From assembly GCA_037446135.1 (NCBI GenBank), contig JBBIJD010000006.1, positions 25,977-45,602 on the forward strand: 19,626 nt of DNA, read 5' to 3'. This document shows positions 1 to 7,649 of the stretch, in pieces. A program made the translations under genes and the position numbers. Origin of the DNA: Candidatus Fraserbacteria bacterium. Lineage in GTDB: Bacteria; Bipolaricaulota; Bipolaricaulia; RBG-16-55-9; JANLFV01. Position 1 is the first letter of the stretch. Each line of letters begins with the position of its first letter. The notes beneath the pieces are model-generated. The model was not told where the DNA came from and ran no database searches. It saw only the letters and a list, made by a program, of their open reading frames with translations.

Positions 1-56
1 AGGCCATCCCGGAGATCGTCGAGCGGGCCAAACTCCTCCCCAGGCCGATCGTCTAA
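1..56 (+). CDS. 3' end of an upstream CDS (partial; ...AIPEIVERAKLLPRPIV*), product unknown
   Basis: Frame starting at base 3 is open from the window edge to TAA at 54-56, with host-like codons; same strand as the downstream operon. Confidence 0.5.
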   Translation, partial: AIPEIVERAKLLPRPIV

Positions 57-128
57 AGGAGGACCCCCGAAGGGGGTGGATCGCCAGGAGGCGAGCCTAC
101 ACGATCCTGCAAGGAGGGCTGAGCTGAG

Positions 129-539
129 ATGGGAAAGGAAAAGATCTTGGTCGTGGACGACGATCCCGATGTGCTCGAGGCGCTGAAGATCGTCCTCGAG
201 AGCAGGCCGTATGAGGTCATTACCGCCCGGGACGGAGTCGAGGGGCTGGAGAAGGTCCGCCAGGAGAATCCGGACTTGATCATCCTTGACCTGTTGATGC
301 CGAAGCTCGACGGCTTCGGGGTGGTGAGGGCCCTGAAGGAGGACCCAAGATACGCCAAGTATAGCAGGATTCCGATCTTGATCCTCACCGCCGTCCGGGA
401 GGAGGCCTCCCGGAGGAGGTATGAGCTCGAGACGGGCCTGGCGATGGATGTGGACGACTATGCCGAGAAGCCGATCGCCCCGGAGGAGCTCCTCCATCGG
501 GTGGAGAAGCTCCTGGCCAAGGTGAGGAAAGGAGGTTGA
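129..539 (+). CDS. Single-domain response regulator (CheY-like receiver)
   Basis: KILVVDDD, LIILDLLMP (phospho-Asp), ILTA, EKP motifs; AAGGAGG RBS at 111-117; no output domain. Confidence 0.93.
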   Translation: MGKEKILVVDDDPDVLEALKIVLESRPYEVITARDGVEGLEKVRQENPDLIILDLLMPKLDGFGVVRALKEDPRYAKYSRIPILILTAVREEASRRRYELETGLAMDVDDYAEKPIAPEELLHRVEKLLAKVRKGG

Positions 540-982
540 TGCAGATGCAAAGGCAAGGGCGGCCAAAGATCTTGATCATCGACGATGATCCCGACTTCGT
601 GGAGGCGACGAGGGTGGTCCTGGAGAGCGGGGGCTATCAAGTCCTCACTGCTTATGACGGTAAGGAGGGGCTTGAGCGGGTCCGGAAGGAGAACCCTGAT
701 CTGGTGATCCTAGACATCATCATGCCGGAGGAGGACGGCTTCAAGGTCTGCAAAGCCCTCAAGGCCGACCCGAACCTCTCCGAGATCCCGGTGATCGTCC
801 TCACCAGCCTCTCTGAGCGCTGGAGCGAGGTGACCCTCTCCGTGACTGAAGGGCTCAAGCTCGAGGCTGAGGACTACATCGATAAGCCGGTCGAGCCGGA
901 GGAACTGCTTCGCCGGGTCGAGGCGCGCTTACGCGGCCCCTCCGGCAGTCCGGAAGAGAAAGAAGGAGGGAGAAGATGCTAG
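539..982 (+). CDS. Single-domain response regulator (CheY-like receiver); start may be 545
   Basis: KILIIDDD, LVILDIIMP, VLTS, DKP motifs; ATG at 539 overlaps the upstream TGA; GGAGG at 531-535 is better spaced for the ATG at 545. Confidence 0.92.
   Translation: MQMQRQGRPKILIIDDDPDFVEATRVVLESGGYQVLTAYDGKEGLERVRKENPDLVILDIIMPEEDGFKVCKALKADPNLSEIPVIVLTSLSERWSEVTLSVTEGLKLEAEDYIDKPVEPEELLRRVEARLRGPSGSPEEKEGGRRC
851..888 (+). repeat. 38-bp near-identical repeat (copy 1) shared between receiver genes 2 and 3
   Basis: GGGCTCAAGCTCGAGGCTGAGGACTACATCGATAAGCC; 37/38 identical to 4863-4900. Confidence 0.8.
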
Positions 983-1695
983 TCTCTGAGAGGAAGCCGC
1001 TGGAGGAGATCCTGGAGTTGCTTGAGGGCGAGGGCCGCCGGCGACTGTTCCTTTTGGGCTGTAACGGCTGTGCCGCGGCCTCGGGGACCGGGGGCGAGCG
1101 GGAGGTCCTCGAGCTGAAGGGGGAGCTGGAGCGGGCGGGCAAGGAGGTCGTCGGCTGGAAGGTCCTCGACTTCCTCTGCCAGAAGGGGCTGATCCGGGTC
1201 GGCCTCAAGCCCTACGAGGCCGAGCTGGCCGTGGCTGAGGCGGTCCTGGCCTCTACTTGCGGGATCGGGGTCCAGGCCGCGGCCGCGGTCTTAGCGGAGA
1301 AGGAGGCCCGCCTCCCCGTCTACCCCGCCTGCAATACCATCCCCCTCGGCGGAGTCCGGGGGGAGTGGCCTGGCGCGGAGAGGTGCCTCGAGTGCGGCCA
1401 ATGCTTCCTCGGGCTGACCGCGGGGATCTGCCCGCTCACCGCCTGCACTAAGCAACTGGTGAACGGCCCCTGCGGAGGGGCCAAGGAGGGGCGGTGCGAG
1501 TTCGAGCCCGATGCTCGCCCCTGCGGCTGGGAATTGATCTACGAGCGGCTCAAGCGGCAGGGCCGGCTCGACCTCCTGCGGAAGAGCCCGCCCCTATTCA
1601 AGGACTACGCCAAGATGCAACCGCCGAAGAAGCTGAGGCAGACCACCAAGTGGGCCCTGGAGCTAGAGCTGGAAGAGGAGGTGACAAGCCGATGA
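976..1695 (+). CDS. metV: Methylenetetrahydrofolate reductase small (Cys-rich Fe-S/Zn) subunit MetV
   Basis: GCNGCA, CGIGVQ, CLECGQC...GICPLTACTKQLVNGPCGG...GRCE...CGW signature; ATGA overlap with metF. Confidence 0.9.
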   Translation: MLVSERKPLEEILELLEGEGRRRLFLLGCNGCAAASGTGGEREVLELKGELERAGKEVVGWKVLDFLCQKGLIRVGLKPYEAELAVAEAVLASTCGIGVQAAAAVLAEKEARLPVYPACNTIPLGGVRGEWPGAERCLECGQCFLGLTAGICPLTACTKQLVNGPCGGAKEGRCEFEPDARPCGWELIYERLKRQGRLDLLRKSPPLFKDYAKMQPPKKLRQTTKWALELELEEEVTSR

Positions 1696-2570
1696 AGCTG
1701 AGTGAGCTATTCCGCGCGGGAAAGTTTGTGGTCACCTCAGAGGTCGGCCCGCCAAAGGGGACCGATACGAGCGAGATGCTCGCGAACGCCGAGCTCCTCC
1801 GCCCATATGTCCATGCCCTCAATATCACCGATCAGCAGTCCTCGGTGATGCGGCTCGGCTCGCTCGCGGCCGCTCATCTCCTCAAGGAGCGGGGGCTCGA
1901 GCCGATCTATCAGCTCACCTGCCGCGACCGGAACAGGATCGCCTTGCAATCGGACCTCCTCTCGGCCTGGACGATGGGCGTGGAGAATGTCCTCTGCCTC
2001 ACCGGGGACTATGTCTCTCTGGGGGACCATCCCGGGGCCAAGCCGGTCTTCGATCTCGATTCGGTCTCGCTCCTCGCGACGGCCAAGCGGCTCAATGAGG
2101 GGTATGACCTTGCGGGGAACGAGCTCCAGGGGAAGCCGGACTTCTGTCTCGGTGCGGTCGTCACACCCGGGGCCAACCCCCTGGAGATGCAGCTCATCAA
2201 GATGGAGAGGAAGATCGAGGCCGGGGCCGAATTCTTCCAGACCCAGGCGGTCTACGAGCCGGAGAAGTTCGCCGCCTTCATGGAGGAGGCCAAGGAGTTG
2301 AAGGTCCCGGTCATCGCCGGGATCATCCTCCTCAAGTCGGCCGGTATGGCGAGGTTCATGAACAAGAATGTCGCGGGAGTCCATGTCCCGGAGCACCTGA
2401 TCGCTGAGATGGAGGGGGCTAAGGACCGGGTGGCAAAGTCCATCGAGATCGCCGCTCGACTGATCCGGGAGATCAGGCCCCTCTGCCAGGGGGTCCACAT
2501 CATGCCGATCGGCTGGGAGAGGCATGTCCCGGCCGTCCTCGAGGAGGCCGGACTGGCCCCTGCGAAATAA
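1692..2570 (+). CDS. metF: 5,10-methylenetetrahydrofolate reductase MetF
   Basis: FVVTSEVGPPKG, NITD, QLTCRDRNRIALQSDL, LCLTGD, KIEAGAEFFQTQ, GVHIM motifs; start placed at ATG 1692, overlapping the metV stop. Confidence 0.95.
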   Translation: MKLSELFRAGKFVVTSEVGPPKGTDTSEMLANAELLRPYVHALNITDQQSSVMRLGSLAAAHLLKERGLEPIYQLTCRDRNRIALQSDLLSAWTMGVENVLCLTGDYVSLGDHPGAKPVFDLDSVSLLATAKRLNEGYDLAGNELQGKPDFCLGAVVTPGANPLEMQLIKMERKIEAGAEFFQTQAVYEPEKFAAFMEEAKELKVPVIAGIILLKSAGMARFMNKNVAGVHVPEHLIAEMEGAKDRVAKSIEIAARLIREIRPLCQGVHIMPIGWERHVPAVLEEAGLAPAK

Positions 2571-2577
2571 ACTCTCG

Positions 2578-4566
2578 ATGAGGCTCTGGCGAAGCTTCTG
2601 CGCCCTCCGCTCCTCCCTCAAGGGGAAGCTCATTGCGAGCTTCCTCATCGTCGCCATCCTTGGGATCGCAATCTCCTCCTGGGTCGGGGTCCGCTTGATC
2701 GGGGACACCGTGCTCGCCCAGGCCCAGAGCAAGGTCAAGCACGACCTGGCCTCGGCCTGGATGGTCTACAACTCCAAGCTGGAGGAGATCAGGTCGGTCG
2801 TCGAGTTGACGGCCGAGAGGTTCTTCATCCGCACACCCTTCCAAGGCGGCGAGCTCGGGCCGGTGCAAGCGGAGCTCGAGCAGGTGAGGCGCGAGCGGGG
2901 GCTCGACCTCTTGACCCTCACCGATAGCGCCGGGAGGGTCCTGATCAGGACGAGAGAGCCCTACACTTTCGGCGACGACCGCTCGCAAGATGAGCCGGTC
3001 CGCCGGGCCCTCGCCGGTGAAGTAGTGGCTGCGACCGTGCTCATCCCGCGAGAGCAGTTGCTCCTCGAGGGTGGGGGCCTAGCAGAGCAGGCTCATATGA
3101 GGCCCATCCCCACGCCGAAAGCTAAGCCGCGGACGGAAGCTGAGGTGACCACAGGGATGGCTCTCCTGGCCGCCGCGCCGGTGAGGGACGAGGCCGGGGC
3201 TGTGCTCGGGGTCCTCTATGGTGGGGTCTTGCTCAACCGGAACTACGAGCTGGTCGATAAGATAAAAGAGACCGTATATAAGGGCGAGCGCTACCTGGGG
3301 AAGGAGACGGGGACGGCCACGATCTTCCAGTGGGACCTCCGGATCTCGACCAATGTGCGGACGGCCGAGGGGGACCGGGCGATCGGCACGCTCGTCTCCG
3401 CGGAGGTCTATGATCGGGTGCTAGTGGATGGGCTAGCTTGGACAGATCGGGCCTTCGTCGTCAATGACTGGTATGTGACCGCTTACGAGCCGATCAGGGA
3501 TATCAACGGCGAGATCATCGGGATGCTCTATGTCGGGCTGCTCGAGGCACCCTATGCGAAGTTGAGGAGTCAGGTCGTCTGGGCGCTCATCAGGTATTCC
3601 TCCTTGAGCCTGGCCTTAGCGCTCGGGCTCGCCTTCTTCCTAGGGCGGCGGATCACCAGGCCCGTGGCCGAGCTCGCCCGGGCCAGTGAGGAGATCTCAC
3701 TCGGCCGCCTCTCCCGGCGGGTCGAGAGCCGCTCCTCGAGGGACGAGCTCGGCCGGCTAGCGGCCTCCTTCAATCGGATGGCCGAGAGCCTCCAGCGGAC
3801 CCTCGAGGAGAAGGACCGGGCGAATCAGCGGCTACAGGAGCTGAACCTCCGGTATCTTGAGCTGCTCGGCTTCGCCACCCATGAACTGATGCAGCCCCTG
3901 GGGGTCCTGAAAGGTTATCTTACGATGATGCGAGCCAGCCCGACCGGGGCACTAGAAGGAGAGCGGCAGCGGCAGGCGGTGGCGGCGATGCTCCGGAACC
4001 TCGACTCACTGATCAACATGAGCCGGATGTATCTCGAGCTCTCGCGGATCGAGAGCGGTGAACTGGAGGTCCACAAGGAGAGGGTGAGGCTCTACCAGGA
4101 TGTGCTCGGACCGGTGATCGAGGACTCCCGGATGGAGCTGGAGCGACGAGGGATGAGACTAGTGCTCGAGGCCGAGGCGGCCTGGCGTGAACTGGAGCTC
4201 GAGGCCGATCCGCTACTATTGCGGGCTGTCTTCGGGAACCTGATCGGGAATGCCATCAAGTATGGCCGGGAAGGGGGCGAGATCCGCTGCGGCTTCCAAG
4301 ATGAGGGAGCTTCCTATCGCTTCCATGTGTGGAATGAGGGGCCAGGGATCCCCGCCGATAAGCTGGGGGCGATCTTCGAGAAGTTCGTCCGGCTCGAGCA
4401 AGGGGCCGGTCAGCAAGGGCGACGGGGAACCGGCTTAGGGCTGTTCATCACCAAGGAGATCATCGCCCGCCATGGCGGTGAGATCTGGGCCGAATCGGTC
4501 GAGGGCGAATGGGCGGACTTCATCTTCCGCCTTCCGAAGGAGGGCAAGCGCAAAGAGGAGGAGTGA
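2578..4566 (+). CDS. Membrane sensor histidine kinase (TM-Cache-TM-HAMP-HisKA-HATPase)
   Basis: Two hydrophobic segments; Cache_3-like TATIFQ..RISTNV...RAIGT; HAMP (ITRPV..DELGRLAASFNRM); H-box HELMQPL; N-box NLIGNAIKY; G2 GTGLGL. ATG 2578 avoids overlap with metF. Confidence 0.92.
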   Translation: MRLWRSFCALRSSLKGKLIASFLIVAILGIAISSWVGVRLIGDTVLAQAQSKVKHDLASAWMVYNSKLEEIRSVVELTAERFFIRTPFQGGELGPVQAELEQVRRERGLDLLTLTDSAGRVLIRTREPYTFGDDRSQDEPVRRALAGEVVAATVLIPREQLLLEGGGLAEQAHMRPIPTPKAKPRTEAEVTTGMALLAAAPVRDEAGAVLGVLYGGVLLNRNYELVDKIKETVYKGERYLGKETGTATIFQWDLRISTNVRTAEGDRAIGTLVSAEVYDRVLVDGLAWTDRAFVVNDWYVTAYEPIRDINGEIIGMLYVGLLEAPYAKLRSQVVWALIRYSSLSLALALGLAFFLGRRITRPVAELARASEEISLGRLSRRVESRSSRDELGRLAASFNRMAESLQRTLEEKDRANQRLQELNLRYLELLGFATHELMQPLGVLKGYLTMMRASPTGALEGERQRQAVAAMLRNLDSLINMSRMYLELSRIESGELEVHKERVRLYQDVLGPVIEDSRMELERRGMRLVLEAEAAWRELELEADPLLLRAVFGNLIGNAIKYGREGGEIRCGFQDEGASYRFHVWNEGPGIPADKLGAIFEKFVRLEQGAGQQGRRGTGLGLFITKEIIARHGGEIWAESVEGEWADFIFRLPKEGKRKEEE

Positions 4567-4964
4567 TGACAAAGAAGAAGATCTTGGTAGTCGATGATGA
4601 GCCGGATATGGTGGAGATGCTGAAGCTGATCCTGGAGAGCGCCTCCTATGAGGTGCTCACCGCTTACGATGGCCAGGAAGGGGTCGAGAAGGCCAGGAGC
4701 GACCGGCCGGATGCGATCATTCTAGACCTGATGATGCCCCGCAAGGATGGATTCCAGGCCTGCAAGGAGCTGAAGGGCGATCCCGCGACCACTATGATCC
4801 CGGTCTTGGTCCTCACCGCGATCAGCGAGAAGCTCTCGCATACGAAGTATGCCAAGAGCATGGGGCTCGAGCTCGAGGCTGAGGACTACATCGATAAGCC
4901 CGTGGACGCCAATCTCCTGCTCGAGCGGCTGGAAAAGCTCCTACGCCGGAGTTACGGGCCATAG
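4566..4964 (+). CDS. Single-domain response regulator (CheY-like receiver)
   Basis: KKILVVDDE, IILDLMMP, VLTA, DKP; TGATG overlap with the kinase stop. Confidence 0.92.
   Translation: MTKKKILVVDDEPDMVEMLKLILESASYEVLTAYDGQEGVEKARSDRPDAIILDLMMPRKDGFQACKELKGDPATTMIPVLVLTAISEKLSHTKYAKSMGLELEAEDYIDKPVDANLLLERLEKLLRRSYGP
4863..4900 (+). repeat. 38-bp near-identical repeat (copy 2)
   Basis: GGGCTCGAGCTCGAGGCTGAGGACTACATCGATAAGCC; one mismatch to 851-888. Confidence 0.8.
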
Positions 4965-5006
4965 GCGACAGACCGCTTTAGTGGTGGATCGTGAGGGACG
5001 ACCCTC

Positions 5007-5876
5007 CTAGGCCCGCCCTACCGCCTCACGGGCCGCGCGGACGGTGTTGGCCAAGAGCATCGTGATCGTCATCGGCCCGACCCCGCCAGGGACAGGGGTG
5101 AGGTAGCCGGCCACCTCCTTGGCCTGGTCGAAGTCCACATCCCCGATGAGCCCTTCCTCGAGCCGGTTGACCCCCACATCGATCACCACCGCCCCGGGCT
5201 TGATCATATCCCCCTTGATGAGCCGGGGGACACCCGCGGCCACCACCAGGATGTCGGCCTCGCGGGTGACCGCCCCGAGGTCCCTCGTCCGGGAGTGGCA
5301 CATCGCGACGGTCGCCTGGCGGGCTAGAAGGAGCATCGCCACCGGCTTACCGACGATGATCGACCGGCCGACGACCACGGCATTCTTCCCCTCGATCTCC
5401 ACCCCCGTGGAGTCGATCAAGTGAATGACGCCCGCGGGGGTGCAGGGGACGAACTTGGGGAGCTCATCCCAGTATTTGGCCGAGAGGAGCTTCCCTAAGT
5501 TCAGGGGATGGAAGCCGTCGACATCCTTCTCTGGGCTCACATGCTGGAGGACCTCGGCGGTGTCGAGGTGTTTCGGCAGTGGGAGCTGGACCAAGATCCC
5601 GTGGATCGCCGGGTCGCGGTTCAGCTCCTCGAGCTGGGCGATCAGCTCATCCTGGGGGATGTCCGCCGGGGGGCGGAGACCCCTCGACATGATCCCGATC
5701 TCGCCGCAGGCCTTCTCCTTCATCCGGACATAGACCTGTGAGGCGGGGTCCTCGCCGACCAAGACCGTCGCCAGCCCGGGTGTGACCCCCTTCTTCGCTA
5801 GAGCGGCCACCTCCTCCTTTAACCTCTGACGGAGGCTGGCCGCTACCTGCTTCCCATCGATGATCTTTGCGCTCAT
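5007..5876 (-). CDS. folD: Bifunctional methylene-THF dehydrogenase / methenyl-THF cyclohydrolase FolD
   Basis: [60 protein letters not shown]. Confidence 0.97.
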   Translation of the reverse strand: MSAKIIDGKQVAASLRQRLKEEVAALAKKGVTPGLATVLVGEDPASQVYVRMKEKACGEIGIMSRGLRPPADIPQDELIAQLEELNRDPAIHGILVQLPLPKHLDTAEVLQHVSPEKDVDGFHPLNLGKLLSAKYWDELPKFVPCTPAGVIHLIDSTGVEIEGKNAVVVGRSIIVGKPVAMLLLARQATVAMCHSRTRDLGAVTREADILVVAAGVPRLIKGDMIKPGAVVIDVGVNRLEEGLIGDVDFDQAKEVAGYLTPVPGGVGPMTITMLLANTVRAAREAVGRA

Positions 5877-5910
5877 CGCTATGCTAACCTCCTCTTCGGG
5901 GTTCCTCTTG

Positions 5911-5940
5911 AAATTAGCAGGGTCTAGGCCCGGGGATCAA
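5911..5940 (-). promoter_or_regulatory. Candidate sigma70 promoter for folD
   Basis: Minus strand reads TTGATC-N18-TAATTT with an extended -10 TG, upstream of the GGAGG RBS. Confidence 0.45.
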
Positions 5941-5982
5941 GTGAGCCCGGGGGATTGGACCCCGTCCCGCTCGGGTTGTTAA

Positions 5983-6714
5983 ATGGAGCGAATGGCGATG
6001 TATCGCTATGAGAGGGCGGGCAAGATTATCACCCAGATCGGCTCCTTACCCTTCCGCGATGTGAGAAGGGCGATCGCCTACAGCTTAGAGCACGATATCC
6101 CCTTCCTCCCGGAGCTGGTGTCCTTAGGGGAGGCGATGCTCGAATACATCAAGAATCCCGGCAACTTGAGCTGCCTGGAGGAGTTCAAGCGCCTCCGCTT
6201 CGAGACCGTCAAGGTCCAGGCGATCGGCCCGGCCACACTGATCCAGAGCGGCTATGAAGAAGGCGAGGCCCTCGCCAGGATCTACCAGCATATCGAGAGA
6301 ATTCTGGATGGCCTGCATGCCGAAGAGATCATCCTATCCTTGGATGAGCCCGCGCTCGGCTATGCCGGGTTCGACTACGATCGCCTCTGGGAGGCGCTCT
6401 TTGAGAGCCTCTCCCGGGAGGTGGTCCGCGGGGTCCATGTCTGCGGGAACATGCAGTGGGATAAGCTCTTCGATGCGGAGATCGAGATCATCAGCTTCGA
6501 TGCCTCGAAGTATGACATCACCAGGTATTATGAGAACAGGAAGGGGAAGCGGCTGGCCTGGGGGATCACCAGCCCCGAGGAGATCAAGGACTTCCGGAGG
6601 GGGGACCTGATCACCCCGCCCTGCGGGCTGGCCCATCTTACCGAAACGGATTGTGAGCGAAGGCTCCTCCAACTCCGTAAGGCTGCCGAACGGTATAGAC
6701 AGATAGGTGCCTGA
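5983..6714 (+). CDS. Short MesB-like / core (folate-independent, MetE catalytic-domain) methionine synthase; start may be 5998
   Basis: TQIGSLP, IPFLPEL, KVQAIGPATL, LDEP, GVHVCG, SFDA, LAWG, LITPPCGL match the URO-D/MetE C-terminal barrel, with putative Zn ligands His-x-Cys...Cys. Confidence 0.7.
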   Translation: MERMAMYRYERAGKIITQIGSLPFRDVRRAIAYSLEHDIPFLPELVSLGEAMLEYIKNPGNLSCLEEFKRLRFETVKVQAIGPATLIQSGYEEGEALARIYQHIERILDGLHAEEIILSLDEPALGYAGFDYDRLWEALFESLSREVVRGVHVCGNMQWDKLFDAEIEIISFDASKYDITRYYENRKGKRLAWGITSPEEIKDFRRGDLITPPCGLAHLTETDCERRLLQLRKAAERYRQIGA

Positions 6715-6715
6715 C

Positions 6716-6744
6716 TTGCCCTATAGGGACGAGGATGCTATCCT
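6716..6744 (+). promoter_or_regulatory. Candidate sigma70 promoter with overlapping 10-bp palindrome CCCTATAGGG (6719-6728)
   Basis: TTGCCC-N17-TATCCT with TG extension, 46 bp upstream of ATG 6791. Confidence 0.45.
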
Positions 6745-6790
6745 CAAGCTGGGAACTCCTTAAGCTGAACTGGATCGGAGGTGAAGGGAG

Positions 6791-7630
6791 ATGGAGCGTT
6801 GGGCTCGCCGGGTCGGACTGGCCCTGCTGGCGGCTTTGCTGCTCAGCGGCTCGGTCGATCCGGGGCTCTTGGCCCCGGCTCAAAGTGGGATAGCTGAGGT
6901 TGCTAGTGAGGCCGAATGGGCCCTCACGGTGACGATCGCTGGGACCGAGTTCAAGTTCGCCCTCGAGGAGATCAAGGCCCTCCCGGCCGGGGAGGTGGAG
7001 TTCCACGGGCATATCTATCGCGGCGTCCCCTTGAGGACCCTCCTCACCCAGGCCGGGGTCGACATCGGCAAGCTAGAGTCTGTGGAGGCGATCGCCGCCG
7101 ATGGCTATCGGCTCGAATATGAGCGGCGGCTGGTCAAGCGGTTCGACTTCATCCTAGCCTACGAGCTGGATGGAGAGCCCCTCCCCCAGGACATGGGCCA
7201 TCTGAGGATCATCTTCCCCGGGGGGCGGAGCGCCCAGATGATGAAGATGGCGGAGCGGCTGATCGTTAAACTGGGGGAGTGGCGCCTCACTTTGGTGGCT
7301 GAGGAGGAGAAGGAGTTCACTCTCCCTGAGCTGATGCAACTCCCGGGGCGAGAGGTCCGGGCCGACTCAAAGGCATACAAGGGCGTCCCCCTCGATATCT
7401 TCCTGATGGGCGCTGGCGTGGACCTCGCTTCCGTCCAGACGGCGAGCGTGGTGGCCTCCTCCGGATACTCTGTCGATTATGGCCAGGAGGTGCTCCCAGA
7501 GCCGCTCCTGGCCTATGAGGTGGACGGCGGGCCGCTCCCAGCGGAGCTGGGGACGGTCGCCTGCCTCTTTCAAGGGGAGGTGCAGGTTCAGGCCGTCGAG
7601 CGGGTGATCGTGACCTTCAAGACAGAATAA
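6791..7630 (+). CDS. Secreted protein with two tandem molybdopterin-oxidoreductase (sulfite oxidase-like) domains, probably non-catalytic
   Basis: Signal-peptide-like N-terminus; repeated W.LT..F.L.E...LP..Y.GVPL..L...GVD....A..GY...Y....LAYE.DG.PLP...G unit; the Mo-ligating Cys segment appears absent. Confidence 0.7.
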   Translation: MERWARRVGLALLAALLLSGSVDPGLLAPAQSGIAEVASEAEWALTVTIAGTEFKFALEEIKALPAGEVEFHGHIYRGVPLRTLLTQAGVDIGKLESVEAIAADGYRLEYERRLVKRFDFILAYELDGEPLPQDMGHLRIIFPGGRSAQMMKMAERLIVKLGEWRLTLVAEEEKEFTLPELMQLPGREVRADSKAYKGVPLDIFLMGAGVDLASVQTASVVASSGYSVDYGQEVLPEPLLAYEVDGGPLPAELGTVACLFQGEVQVQAVERVIVTFKTE

Positions 7631-7649
7631 GAATTAAGGAGGTGAAGCG

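Noticed and set aside
1494..1691. N-terminal extension of metF in the ORF track
   Set aside because: It overlaps metV in another frame; MetF homology starts at ATG 1692 with a classic ATGA overlap.
1737..2738. 333-aa antisense ORF (likewise 10642-11277, 11973-12575, 13126-13926, 16022-16993)
   Set aside because: Shadow ORFs opposite well-supported genes, expected in high-GC DNA; no recognisable motifs.
5877..5982. THF/ZTP/SAM riboswitch between folD and the methionine synthase-like gene
   Set aside because: Only 106 bp, largely taken up by promoter and RBS elements; no recognisable aptamer consensus.
6715..6790. Cobalamin or Moco riboswitch upstream of the putative uptake genes
   Set aside because: Too short once the promoter candidate is accounted for; apart from a lone GGGAA, no B12-box or Moco structure is evident.
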